DNA of 59,737 nucleotides, counting the filler. It is 5 parts of 5 records of this genome, joined end to end, with 100 filler letters (N's around TTAATTAATTAA, not from the genome) between each part and the next. Parts side by side here need not be neighbours in the genome. Positions count along the whole stretch, not along the records: positions 1 to 31,957 come from SRR20825019_3029; 4 more parts are not named here. One strand, given 5' to 3'. The notes under the pieces are model-generated. The model saw only the letters and a list, made by a program, of their open reading frames with translations, did no database searches and was not told the DNA's origin. Positions 1 to 9,749 of the stretch are shown piece by piece. Both the position numbers and the translations under genes were made by a program. Numbering within the stretch: position 1 is the first letter of the stretch; each line of letters begins with the position of its first letter.

Positions 1-1
1 G

Positions 2-1585
2 AACGACATTCTGAAGGAATTCATGGTCCGTAACACGTACATTTATCCACCTCTTCCATCGATGAGGATTATTTCGGATATTTTCGAATATACTTCGCTG
101 AACATGCCCAAGTTTAACTCGATTTCAATTTCGGGTTATCACATGCAAGAAGCTGGTGCAACAGCAGCCATCGAGCTAGCGTATACTCTTGCAGATGGAT
201 TAGAATACCTTCGTGCAGGAATCAACGCAGGAATGAACGTAGACGATTTTGCTCCTCGCTTGAGTTTCTTTTGGGCGATTGGAATGAATCACTTTACGGA
301 AGTTGCAAAAATGCGTGCTGGACGAATGCTTTGGGCGAAATTGGTCAAACAATTCAATCCAGAAAACGATAAATCTCTCGCACTTAGAACGCACTGTCAA
401 ACATCTGGATGGAGTTTAACCGAACAAGATCCGTTTAATAATGTAACGAGAACATGCATCGAAGCATTGGCTGCTGCACTTGGAGGAACACAATCGCTTC
501 ATACAAACGCCCTCGACGAAGCTATTGCGCTTCCAACCGATTTTTCGGCGCGAATCGCTAGAAATACACAAATTTATCTTCAGGAAGAAATTGGACTCAC
601 AAAACTCGTTGATCCACTTGGAGGAAGTTACTACGTTGAAAAACTCACCGAAGAGCTTGTTGAAGAAGCATGGAAATTGATCTCAGAAGTAGAAGAACTT
701 GGTGGAATGGCTAAAGCCATAGAAACTGGGATTCCAAAAATGAGAATTGAAGAAGCAGCTGCACGGAAACAAGCCAGAATAGATTCCGACAAAGACATTA
801 TTGTTGGAGTAAATCGCTATCAACTTGAGAAAGAAGATGTGATCGAAATCTTAGAAGTTGACAATACAAAAGTGCGGTTTTCTCAAATCGAGCGATTAAC
901 AACACTTAAGAATGAGCGCAATCCAGAGCAAGTAAAAAAGGTACTGGAAGAGCTTGAACAAGCCGCTAAATCTGGTGAAGGAAACTTACTTGAAATTGCG
1001 ATTCGCTGTGCGCGTGAAAGAGCTTCTTTGGGAGAGATTTCCACTGCACTTGAAAATTCATACGGTCGTTATCAGGCAACTATTCGTTCAATTAACGGTG
1101 TATATTCATCAGAATCTATGGGAGACGAAGACTTTAACAAATCAAAAGAACTCGCTGATCAATTCAGTAAATTGGAAGGAAGACGCCCTAGAATCATGAT
1201 TGCGAAAATGGGACAAGATGGTCACGATCGCGGCGCGAAGGTGATTGCTACCTCATTTGCAGATATTGGATTTGATGTTGATATTGGTCCACTTTTCCAA
1301 ACGCCCGAAGAAGCTGCTAAACAAGCTGTCGAAAATGACGTGCATATTTTAGGTGTTTCTTCCTTGGCTGCTGGACACAAAACCCTCGTTCCAAAAGTTA
1401 TTGCCGAGCTAGAGAAGTTAGGAAGAGGCGATATAATGGTAGTTGCAGGAGGCGTTATACCTCAGCAAGATTATGAATTCCTTTATGAAGCTGGAGTATT
1501 TGGAGTATTCGGTCCTGGAACAAAAATATCAAAAGCCGCCATTGACATTCTATCGTTATTAATTCGCAGCTTTGAGGATAACTAA
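2..1585 (+). CDS. scpA: Methylmalonyl-CoA mutase, B12-dependent large subunit (5'-truncated by window edge)
   Basis: Frame open from base 2 ([17 protein letters not shown]). Motifs [32 protein letters not shown] and the cobalamin-binding GQDGHDRG (DxHxxG). Confidence 0.96.
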   Translation, partial: NDILKEFMVRNTYIYPPLPSMRIISDIFEYTSLNMPKFNSISISGYHMQEAGATAAIELAYTLADGLEYLRAGINAGMNVDDFAPRLSFFWAIGMNHFTEVAKMRAGRMLWAKLVKQFNPENDKSLALRTHCQTSGWSLTEQDPFNNVTRTCIEALAAALGGTQSLHTNALDEAIALPTDFSARIARNTQIYLQEEIGLTKLVDPLGGSYYVEKLTEELVEEAWKLISEVEELGGMAKAIETGIPKMRIEEAAARKQARIDSDKDIIVGVNRYQLEKEDVIEILEVDNTKVRFSQIERLTTLKNERNPEQVKKVLEELEQAAKSGEGNLLEIAIRCARERASLGEISTALENSYGRYQATIRSINGVYSSESMGDEDFNKSKELADQFSKLEGRRPRIMIAKMGQDGHDRGAKVIATSFADIGFDVDIGPLFQTPEEAAKQAVENDVHILGVSSLAAGHKTLVPKVIAELEKLGRGDIMVVAGGVIPQQDYEFLYEAGVFGVFGPGTKISKAAIDILSLLIRSFEDN

Positions 1586-1666
1586 TTGTATCATTTTTTT
1601 CCTAACTTTATTCAAAATTTTGTGTTCGGCACAGTATTTGAATTTGAAGAATCAAAAAACACTATT

Positions 1667-2407
1667 ATGAAACATTTTCTTATTATTTTCGGTTTCCTAT
1701 CAATTGCTTTCTCAGGACTTTCTCAGGGCGACTATACGGACTTACGTATTTTGTACGCAGATCAAAACTATGAGAAGCTCGCTAAAGAGGCCGAAAAGTA
1801 TACAACAAACGATAAAACCAAAAAGGATGTACTTCCGTACTTTTGGTTAGCAAAGGGATTGTATAAAATTTCTCTTTCTGGTTCAGATGATGATCGTTTC
1901 AAAAATGCATACAAGGATGCTATTAAGTATTTAGGAAAAGGCATTGCCTATGACAACAAATACAATAATGGTTCTGCTACTGAAGACGAAAAAGAGTTCG
2001 TTGGTAAATTCCAAATGTCCTTAGCGGAAATGATCTTGAATGAGATGGCTACGGACAACTTTAAACGTGCATCAGGTTGGGCAATTAAGTACCAAAAAAT
2101 CACAAACAATGAAGTAGTTGCTTTTTATGCAATGGGAGCTTGTAAGTTTTACGATAACGACAAAACTTCTGCACGTGATAACTGGAAACAAGCAGATAAA
2201 TTATTGACGGAAATAGAGTCGATTGAAAACTGGACAGATGCAGATAAAAGAATGCTTAAAATGGGCGTTTTGTATTCAGCAAAAGCGCTTAAAGACAGTA
2301 AACAAGATTCTAAAGCGAGTGAGTTAGTTGGGAAAGTTTCTCAATGGTTTGAGGAAGATTCTGAATGGCAAACGCAATACGATGAAATTGTAAATGGTGT
2401 AGATTAA
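1667..2407 (+). CDS. Exported alpha-helical (TPR-like) hypothetical protein
   Basis: Start moved to ATG 1667 (MKHFLIIFGFLSIAFSGLSQ, a signal peptide ending before Gln as is typical in Bacteroidota). Helical, Lys/Ala/Tyr-rich. Confidence 0.7.
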   Translation: MKHFLIIFGFLSIAFSGLSQGDYTDLRILYADQNYEKLAKEAEKYTTNDKTKKDVLPYFWLAKGLYKISLSGSDDDRFKNAYKDAIKYLGKGIAYDNKYNNGSATEDEKEFVGKFQMSLAEMILNEMATDNFKRASGWAIKYQKITNNEVVAFYAMGACKFYDNDKTSARDNWKQADKLLTEIESIENWTDADKRMLKMGVLYSAKALKDSKQDSKASELVGKVSQWFEEDSEWQTQYDEIVNGVD

Positions 2408-2431
2408 TCTCATCATTCTCTATAAAGAATT

Positions 2432-2460
2432 AAATCCCGGTGAAAGCTGGGATTTTTTTT
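2432..2460 (+). terminator. Rho-independent terminator
   Basis: AAATCCCGGT-GAAA-GCTGGGATTT stem (with G-U pairs) followed by a T run. Confidence 0.8.
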
Positions 2461-2512
2461 CGTCCAGAAATAGCAACGTGAATTCTGAACCTTTTTCACC
2501 AAAGAGTGTACT

Positions 2513-2520
2513 TAGTTTTG
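2513..2520 (+). promoter_or_regulatory. Bacteroidota sigma-A -7 element (TAnnTTTG)
   Basis: TAGTTTTG lies 17 nt upstream of the ATG at 2538. Confidence 0.5.
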
Positions 2521-2537
2521 AATTTAATCTTTGATCC

Positions 2538-3143
2538 ATGAAAAATCTCATTACACTTGCTACCCTTCTATTCGGAACTTTTCAACTTTCCGCGCAATCA
2601 GACTCCCCTTTCGTTAATTTCGACCAATACGAAGCCCTTGTAAAAGAGGTGAAAGAACATCGAAAAACACGTTTACTTGCTACTTCGGACTTTGTAGAAA
2701 TGGGAGCGAGAGAAAACGTTTACATTCTCGATACACGTTCCAAAGAAATGTACGAAAGAATTCACGTGAAAGGTGCGATACACTTAAATTTCTCCGATTT
2801 CACTCAGCAGAATTTAGATAATCTATTTCCAGATCGAAATGCGACTATCCTTATTTACTGCAACAATAATTTCAACGAAAGACTAAATATTGATATATTC
2901 GACGAGAGTGCCATAGCTTCCAAAGTGAGTTTACCAGCCAGCTTCGAACGGGTAAATGTGAGAGAATCAATAGATCTTAACCTCAATGACCCTGCAATTC
3001 CTCAAATTACACTCGCATTAAATATTCCTACGTATATTAACCTTTTCGGATACGGATACAAAAACGTCTATGAATTGAAAGACATTGTAAACGTTTGGGA
3101 TACTCCAATTCAATTTGAAGGAACCGACGTTACTGTGCCATAA
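2538..3143 (+). CDS. Exported rhodanese-like domain protein
   Basis: Signal peptide; ILDTR, HVKGAIHL and ILIYC rhodanese-fold motifs. Confidence 0.8.
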   Translation: MKNLITLATLLFGTFQLSAQSDSPFVNFDQYEALVKEVKEHRKTRLLATSDFVEMGARENVYILDTRSKEMYERIHVKGAIHLNFSDFTQQNLDNLFPDRNATILIYCNNNFNERLNIDIFDESAIASKVSLPASFERVNVRESIDLNLNDPAIPQITLALNIPTYINLFGYGYKNVYELKDIVNVWDTPIQFEGTDVTVP

Positions 3144-3169
3144 CACACTTATACTTTAACCCAACAACT

Positions 3170-3709
3170 ATGAAATTCATTCCTTTTCTCTTTCTCTTCG
3201 CCTGTGCTCCTCACCTCAGCAGTGAAAAAAGTTCTACGCAAACGGTGATTGTTGAACCGTACATGACACTTCAAAATTATGAGCATTTTCGACGTTTGAC
3301 CTTAAAAGCGGACAATGGAGATATTGACTATATCAAGGGATTTGAATTTGAATGGGGATATGAATACAAACTCAGCGTAAACGCAGAAAAGCTAAAATCA
3401 ACATTGTCTGATGGTACACGATACAATTATTCTTTGAAAAAAGTAATCTCAAAAACAAAGGTATCAGATACGACTGAGTTCAAATTGTTCATTGCCCCAC
3501 ATCGCTATTATTATGAAGGAGAAAGCGAAGAAATGAACGCCATGCTAACATCCATTAACGATAGTACATTTTTGTACTGTGAGGAAGTTGAAATCGAAGT
3601 ACCAACGGACCTAATGACTACTTTCAAGGCGAACATGACAAGCGAACAAGGTAAAATCGGTCACTTTACCTTTGTGAATGAAAAGAGAATTCGTTTAGTG
3701 AGGATGTAA
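3170..3709 (+). CDS. Lipoprotein, DUF4377-like
   Basis: Lipobox LFAC; IKGFEFEWGYEYKLSV...YSLKKVISK resembles the DUF4377 pattern. Confidence 0.6.
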   Translation: MKFIPFLFLFACAPHLSSEKSSTQTVIVEPYMTLQNYEHFRRLTLKADNGDIDYIKGFEFEWGYEYKLSVNAEKLKSTLSDGTRYNYSLKKVISKTKVSDTTEFKLFIAPHRYYYEGESEEMNAMLTSINDSTFLYCEEVEIEVPTDLMTTFKANMTSEQGKIGHFTFVNEKRIRLVRM

Positions 3710-3771
3710 TAATCCCAACACAAAAGCATAAAACAACTCTATAGATACGCGCTTATTTTTAGTTATATTGG

Positions 3772-4497
3772 TTGATTAAAATCAGGTCTATTTTGATAAA
3801 AAAAATCATCGTACTTCTTATATTTCTTTTGAGCAACTTTATAAGTTGGAGTCAAGTAGAAACCATCGATAGTGTTCGTTGGATTAGAATTTTAAGAAGT
3901 AAAACGAATTCTCCTCTTTTCTCTTTTTCTGGAATGAACGATAGCACGTTGTTTGGATGCACTTGGAGAAATGCGAATTCTGGCGAAAGTGTTTTTTTCT
4001 TAGAATCTAAAGATATAAGTGATAAATCTCCCATGTACACAAGATTGTTAAAGTATCCTTTCATCGATAGTTTAATAATAGATCCTTGTATCACAAATCA
4101 CTGGGAGTGTAGTGATCTGGAAGAATCAAGTGCTATAAAATTTGCCTATGACATCAATAATCCTTTGACAAATTCTCAAGGATATCCAATAATTGTTGTA
4201 ATGGATTACGGATTCCTCTGCTATACCTATCCTCCAAGAACCTACACACTCATTCCAATTGACAATATAGACGAGCTAAGAATCAAGGAAGTAAGGTACT
4301 TTGACGAGTCCACGAATGCGTACAATTATAGACCTATAGCTGTTCAACTAACTCCACAAAAAGTAGGTCAAATGAGTTCTGAGATTTGGTTGGATCTGGA
4401 AAAACTTAAATTAAAATGGCCCGATGTTTCAAATTTACCCTGGTTTCAGTTTATTGAGAATAAAAACTATAGTGGAAAAAAATACATGCAACTTTAA
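3772..4497 (+). CDS. Exported protein, divergent GldN/PorN-like
   Basis: Signal peptide (start codon uncertain, TTG). RIKEVRYFD...YRPIAVQLTP...IWLDL resembles GldN IKEDWxFD...RIxxIxP...FWxxF. Confidence 0.45.
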   Translation: MIKIRSILIKKIIVLLIFLLSNFISWSQVETIDSVRWIRILRSKTNSPLFSFSGMNDSTLFGCTWRNANSGESVFFLESKDISDKSPMYTRLLKYPFIDSLIIDPCITNHWECSDLEESSAIKFAYDINNPLTNSQGYPIIVVMDYGFLCYTYPPRTYTLIPIDNIDELRIKEVRYFDESTNAYNYRPIAVQLTPQKVGQMSSEIWLDLEKLKLKWPDVSNLPWFQFIENKNYSGKKYMQL

Positions 4498-4660
4498 AGT
4501 CCCCAAAGCGTCAGCAAACATGCGAATGGTAAATTTTAATCTATCTAGATCAAAAAAATAGAAGCGACTTAGACAATTGTTCAGGTTGCTTCTCCTTTAA
4601 TGACAGTTGAATTCATCTAAAATCGATATTCAATCAATGGAGATTTTGTAAATTTAACGC

Positions 4661-5134
4661 ATGACTAAATCATTTCTTTTTTTTCTTTTATTTTCCAGCT
4701 TTCTCTCTTGTGGCGTAGAACAAGCAAATGACGATACTATTAATGCGATTACGGATCGAACAGAGTTTATGCACAAAAAGGTTTTCGGCAAGCTTAAACT
4801 TGTTGTACCAATTCGTGAAGAAGCCATTCACGGAAATTGGGAAATTATCCTCTCACTCTTTACAGTTACTACTAGAAATGGAGAGCGCGGAAACTCAACC
4901 TTCGGAATGGAAGGAAATCGTGCTGAAATTTTACCTGACGGAAAATTTGTTTCTCACTTCCCTGATGGTAAAAAGAATGGAAACTGGAGCTTAACGGAAA
5001 ACAAAACAGTATTTAATGAGCTGTTTGATGGAGAAGTTTTTGACTCCTATCAAGTGAGGGTTCACGGAGATACCATGGAGTGGATTCGTCCCAACAATGA
5101 TGAAATCATGTATTTCGTTTTAGTCAAAAAATGA
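4661..5134 (+). CDS. Lipoprotein, possible lipocalin-like beta-barrel
   Basis: Lipobox FLSC; IHGNWEI and DGKF...GNWSL patterns. Confidence 0.55.
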   Translation: MTKSFLFFLLFSSFLSCGVEQANDDTINAITDRTEFMHKKVFGKLKLVVPIREEAIHGNWEIILSLFTVTTRNGERGNSTFGMEGNRAEILPDGKFVSHFPDGKKNGNWSLTENKTVFNELFDGEVFDSYQVRVHGDTMEWIRPNNDEIMYFVLVKK

Positions 5135-5457
5135 ACTGGATCATTCTCATAATTGCGGGCTTTTTTGAAGTTGCTTTTGCATTTTGTCTTGGCAAAGCAA
5201 AGGAAACCACAGGTAATCACATGTATTGGTGGTACGCCGCATTTTTAGTTACGCTAACCATAAGTATGCTTTTACTCATCAAGGCTTCACAAAGTCTACC
5301 GATTGGCACAGCTTATGCCGTGTGGACAGGAATTGGCGCAGTTGGCACTGTGATCGTTGGAATTTACTTTTTTAACGAACCGACGAGTTTCTGGAGAATC
5401 CTGTTTCTCTTTACATTAATTGGATCCATTGTAGGATTAAAAGCGGTTTCGCATTAA
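5131..5457 (+). CDS. SMR/DMT small multidrug-type transporter, SugE/Gdx-like
   Basis: 108 aa, four TM helices, WxxLxxAGxxE (membrane Glu) and PIGTAYAVWTGIGAVG. Confidence 0.9.
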   Translation: MNWIILIIAGFFEVAFAFCLGKAKETTGNHMYWWYAAFLVTLTISMLLLIKASQSLPIGTAYAVWTGIGAVGTVIVGIYFFNEPTSFWRILFLFTLIGSIVGLKAVSH

Positions 5458-5485
5458 GTGTCTAGATCGTCAAAACAAAAAATTA

Positions 5486-6049
5486 ATGCGCAACTATTTA
5501 AGATCATTCAATTTGCTCACAGATTCGGAGATCGAAACATTGGAAAAAATGGTTCGTCCAAGAACACTTAAAAAAGGTGATTTTTTCGTGAAAGAGGGAA
5601 CTACATGCAATGAAATCGCCTTTGTTGCTTCTGGAATACTTCGATCGTTTTACTATTCATCACATTCGGAAGAAATCACTTTTTGCTTTACGTTTGAACG
5701 TTCATTTATGACGGCCTATTCGTCGTTGATCTCAAACTCAAAAACCAACGAAAACATTGAAGCACTCACAGATGTAGAACTCTACGTTTTTACCAAGGAT
5801 CAACTGCACTATATAGAAAACTCAAGCGTCAACTGGCTCAGATTTTCCAAAATGATGGCTGAGCAAGAATACATCCGATTAGAAAAACGCATTTTCCTTC
5901 TCCAAAAGGAATCGGCAGAAACCAAACACGATGATCTCATGAGAAATCATCCGGAATACGTGGAAATCATTCCACTCACCCACCTCGCGTCTTACTTAGG
6001 AATTACTCAACGACATCTGAGCAGATTGCGAAAATCGAGAGTCGACTAG
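5486..6049 (+). CDS. Crp/Fnr-family transcriptional regulator
   Basis: cNMP-binding domain (KKGDFFVKEG...FVASGILR) and C-terminal HTH LASYLGITQRHLSRLR. Confidence 0.9.
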   Translation: MRNYLRSFNLLTDSEIETLEKMVRPRTLKKGDFFVKEGTTCNEIAFVASGILRSFYYSSHSEEITFCFTFERSFMTAYSSLISNSKTNENIEALTDVELYVFTKDQLHYIENSSVNWLRFSKMMAEQEYIRLEKRIFLLQKESAETKHDDLMRNHPEYVEIIPLTHLASYLGITQRHLSRLRKSRVD

Positions 6050-6103
6050 ACAAATGTCCTTTTACAAGGAGAATTGAACTTCGTTCTTTGTAGGAAAAAA
6101 GAA

Positions 6104-6682
6104 ATGAAGAACATTTTAATCATCAACGGACATCCAGACAAACTTAGCTTCAACTATGCACTTTCCGAAGCTTACAAGAATGGAGCAAAAGACACGGATT
6201 CAATTATTGAACAAATTAATATCGCCGATTTGAATTTTAACCCGAACTTGAAATACGGTTTTCGAGAACGGACAGAATTGGAACCAGACTTACTCGAAGC
6301 TATTAAAAAGATCAAAGCAGCAGATCACATAGTTTGGTTTTTTCCAATCTGGTGGCAAGGTACTCCCGCTTTGATGAAAGGTTTTATTGATCGAACATTC
6401 CTTCCTGGAATCACATTCGAAATGATTAAAGGGAAACCACTTCCGAAAAAATTACTCAAAGGTAAAACAGCAAGAATGGTTGTAACATCCGATACTCCAC
6501 GATGGTATAATTTCTTGGTGTTAAAAAGTCCAGCCATCAATCAGTTTAAAAAAGGAACGCTCCAATTTTGCGGAATCGGGCCAACAAAGCTCACGTATAT
6601 CTCACCAATAAAAGGTTCAACGCCCGACTTCAGAGAAAAATGGCTCAAGAAAGCACTTCTTTTAGGACAGAAATTATCGTAG
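6104..6682 (+). CDS. NAD(P)H-dependent (quinone) oxidoreductase, flavodoxin-like MdaB/KefF family
   Basis: ILIINGHP...SFN and ADHIVWFFPIWW...PALMKGFIDR. Start moved to ATG 6104. Confidence 0.9.
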   Translation: MKNILIINGHPDKLSFNYALSEAYKNGAKDTDSIIEQINIADLNFNPNLKYGFRERTELEPDLLEAIKKIKAADHIVWFFPIWWQGTPALMKGFIDRTFLPGITFEMIKGKPLPKKLLKGKTARMVVTSDTPRWYNFLVLKSPAINQFKKGTLQFCGIGPTKLTYISPIKGSTPDFREKWLKKALLLGQKLS

Positions 6683-6785
6683 ATCCCAAAAAATTCAGGG
6701 AAACACCTGAACTCTCTCAGCTCGCAATTGTCGAATTTTGACCCAAGTTTTGAAAATGGATTCAAACACTAACTTAATTTAGATC

Positions 6786-7781
6786 ATGTCAAAATCATTT
6801 CGTTTAGTAATCTTTTGTTTACTTACAATACCTGCGACTCTTGCTCAAAACCTTGTTCCGAATGCGAGTTTTGAGAGTTTCTCAAACCAATTTTGTGGAT
6901 TAATGGTCCCCGCTGATTTCAATCAATCGATGATAAATTGGTACACTCCGACAAATGGTTCGCCAGATACGTATTATACAAACATCACTAATACGTGTTA
7001 CAACTATCAGCCAAATAGCCAATACTCTGGAATAATTGGAATAAAAGGTAATCAAACTCCAAGAACGGGCGAAGCGATGGCGGGCATTCACGCATACACC
7101 ATTTCTGGGCAAAATCAACGCGAGTATATTCAAGTAGAATTAGTAAGTCCGCTTACTGTAGGATTCTACTATGTCGTTCAGTATTACGTCTCTTTGGCAG
7201 ATTCTGTAGAATTTTCTGTGGATAACATCGGTGCGCTGTTCTCAGTCGGTCAAGTTGTATCTTCGAATGATAATGTTCTAAATTACTCGCCGCAAATTTC
7301 TTATACTGGAGGCTTTATCGACGATGTTTCTGAATGGACATTGATCTCAGATACACTATTGGCGCAAGATGCGTTTACCCATCTGACAATTGGAAATTTT
7401 AATAACGATAACGCAACGAATACGCTTGCCAATCCATTCGCTTCGGGAAATGTTGGAACCTACGGATCATATTATTACATCGACGATATCCGTGTTGAAG
7501 AAGTTCGGGGACTTTCAATATCGGACACAGAAGAAAAGAATTCATTAACGATCTATCCAAATCCCGCAAACAACGAAGTGTCTATTGAATACAACGGTGA
7601 TCTGTCAGCTTCGGAGATCGAACTCTTCAATAATCTTGGTCAAAAAGTTTCTTTTCGCCCGAGCCTGTCCGAATTCGGGAAAATGAAATTCAACGTTCGT
7701 CACTTAGAAGAAGGTTTATACATTCTAAAAATCAAAAACGATCTACAATCCACAACCGCAAAAATAATCGTTAGCCATTAA
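6786..7781 (+). CDS. T9SS type-A sorting domain protein (NLVPNxSFE beta-sandwich family)
   Basis: Signal peptide, QNLVPNASFE, REYIQVEL, YYYIDDI; C-terminal IYPNPA...GLYILKI...KIIV sorting domain. Confidence 0.85.
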   Translation: MSKSFRLVIFCLLTIPATLAQNLVPNASFESFSNQFCGLMVPADFNQSMINWYTPTNGSPDTYYTNITNTCYNYQPNSQYSGIIGIKGNQTPRTGEAMAGIHAYTISGQNQREYIQVELVSPLTVGFYYVVQYYVSLADSVEFSVDNIGALFSVGQVVSSNDNVLNYSPQISYTGGFIDDVSEWTLISDTLLAQDAFTHLTIGNFNNDNATNTLANPFASGNVGTYGSYYYIDDIRVEEVRGLSISDTEEKNSLTIYPNPANNEVSIEYNGDLSASEIELFNNLGQKVSFRPSLSEFGKMKFNVRHLEEGLYILKIKNDLQSTTAKIIVSH

Positions 7782-7900
7782 GTCGATTTTAAGATTTAAT
7801 GACAAGCCTTTTTATTCTCGACTTGAGCAAACACACCATTTTATTGATTAAAACATAGCATTCACAGATACACCTTCGCCTGTTAGCTCTGGAAAAAATC

Positions 7901-7908
7901 TATCTTTG
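7901..7908 (+). promoter_or_regulatory. Bacteroidota -7 promoter element
   Basis: TATCTTTG upstream of the methyltransferase gene. Confidence 0.5.
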
Positions 7909-7975
7909 CAATTCACAAACTATGATTAAATCGCTATTCCCGAGATTTTTTTCATTGGAGTTTAAAATAATTGTA

Positions 7976-8773
7976 ATGAGTAGCGATATTTCCGACTTAG
8001 AAAAACATTTCAGGGCAAATGAAGGTAGATTAATTCACAAATGGAACCATTATTTTGACATTTATGATCGTCACTTCAGTCGGTTCAGAAACAAAGAAAT
8101 TACCATTCTTGAAATTGGCGTTTCACAAGGCGGAAGTCTCCAAATGTGGAAAGATTATTTTGGACCACAGGCAAAAATCATCGGAATTGATATTGAACCT
8201 CAATGTAAATCATTAGAAGAGGAGAATATTCAAATTTTCATTGGCTCTCAATCGGACAGAACTTTTTTACAAGAAGTAAAACGCAACATTCCCAAAATTG
8301 ACATACTTATTGACGATGGAGGTCACACCATGGAGCAATTGAAAGTCAGCTATGAAGAACTATTCGACCATATTAAGAACGATGGCGTTTACTTAGCTGA
8401 AGACCTTCATACTTGTTATTGGTTGGAGTTTGGAGGCGGATACAAAAGACGAAATTCCTTCATTGAATACAGCAAAAACTTTATCGATTCGTTGAATGCC
8501 TTCCATTCGGAGCAGCGAAATCTCAAGGTCAATTCGTTTACTCGAAGTGTAGATTCTGTTCACTACTACGACAGTATTGTGGTAGTTGAGAAAAAAGTAA
8601 GAGAAGAACCTTTTCATGAAAAAACAGGGGAGTTATCGTTTGTTGTTCCACCCGGAAAAAGCCCAACTTTCTTTCAAAAGGTCGATCATAAACTCAGTCT
8701 AAAAAAAAGAACACTCACCATAATTAATAAATCACTTCGGTTTTTGAGGCTGGGTGGATATATTTGGAAGTAG
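7976..8773 (+). CDS. Class I SAM-dependent methyltransferase (MycE/TylE-like sugar O-methyltransferase type)
   Basis: HKWNHYFDIY, ILEIGVSQGGS, IGIDI, DILIDDGGH and GVYLAED. Start may be 7922 or 7976. Confidence 0.8.
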   Translation: MSSDISDLEKHFRANEGRLIHKWNHYFDIYDRHFSRFRNKEITILEIGVSQGGSLQMWKDYFGPQAKIIGIDIEPQCKSLEEENIQIFIGSQSDRTFLQEVKRNIPKIDILIDDGGHTMEQLKVSYEELFDHIKNDGVYLAEDLHTCYWLEFGGGYKRRNSFIEYSKNFIDSLNAFHSEQRNLKVNSFTRSVDSVHYYDSIVVVEKKVREEPFHEKTGELSFVVPPGKSPTFFQKVDHKLSLKKRTLTIINKSLRFLRLGGYIWK

Positions 8774-8794
8774 GTTAAAGCTATTTTGTAACCT

Positions 8795-9151
8795 ATGGAT
8801 AAAACCAGATTGTTCATCAATTATATTTATTCGATTATTGCATTGTTTATAATGGAGAAGGGTGAATTGAATTCATTTGGAAGGCGATTTTCACATTGGC
8901 TCATCGCTGTTTCATTTGGTGGGGTCTTAAATCTGTGTATTTATCCTTTTATTCGGGATGCTGTTTTTTCGATCTTCTTTGGTCTTTCTGGTGGTTTAAT
9001 TCTTGGACTTTTATGGATGATTTTAGAAGGCTTTACCTTTAATCCAAAGGTTAATGAGCTGACCAAAGGGACTCAAAGTCTCTATTTCATACTAATCATC
9101 ATTTCGATTCTAGCACTTTTTATTGTTCCTATCTTCTTAATTGCACACTAA
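8795..9151 (+). CDS. Hypothetical membrane protein
   Basis: 118-aa ORF with 3-4 hydrophobic segments, co-oriented in a gene run. Confidence 0.55.
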   Translation: MDKTRLFINYIYSIIALFIMEKGELNSFGRRFSHWLIAVSFGGVLNLCIYPFIRDAVFSIFFGLSGGLILGLLWMILEGFTFNPKVNELTKGTQSLYFILIIISILALFIVPIFLIAH

Positions 9152-9184
9152 AAAAAACTATTTTTCAGAGAAAAGAATCTAGAA

Positions 9185-9733
9185 ATGCTCAAATTACTAT
9201 TCATCTTGATAATCTCCATTACGAGTTTAAGCACTTCAGCGCAAACAGATTCGATGTTTATTCTCAAAGGGAATGCGTATTTCTCCAATGAAGATTTCGG
9301 CTATCCAGACAGTTCACTGCACGGAAGACTTTGTTGGTATTCAAATATTCTTCATGAGAATAATGAACCCGTGCTTTTCAATTTATCTACGGAGAACACT
9401 ATCTATCGCTTCACACACATTAATCGTTTTGGACATGGATATAGCATTCGACTAGAAAAGAATGATTCGACCTACACGCTCTTTATCGCAGATCGCGGGG
9501 AAACTATAGAAAGAAACCTATATCGTTTTGAAGCAAAAGAATTCGAAAAGAGACTCAAAAGATGCCGATTTTGGAAAATGCCTACACGCAAAGGTCCAAG
9601 TGGACGAGATTGCGCGCTGTGGATTTTTGAAGGAATCCAAGATTCAGAATACCATGTCGTGGATCGATCTTCGCCAAAAAAACGCTCGAGTTACCGAAAA
9701 ATGTGTCAGTATTTGAAGTATTTGATTTTGTAA
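9185..9733 (+). CDS. Exported hypothetical protein
   Basis: Signal peptide ending STSAQ; C-terminal WIFEG...YHVVDRSSP. Confidence 0.65.
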   Translation: MLKLLFILIISITSLSTSAQTDSMFILKGNAYFSNEDFGYPDSSLHGRLCWYSNILHENNEPVLFNLSTENTIYRFTHINRFGHGYSIRLEKNDSTYTLFIADRGETIERNLYRFEAKEFEKRLKRCRFWKMPTRKGPSGRDCALWIFEGIQDSEYHVVDRSSPKKRSSYRKMCQYLKYLIL

Positions 9734-9749
9734 GCACTCTATAATTCTC

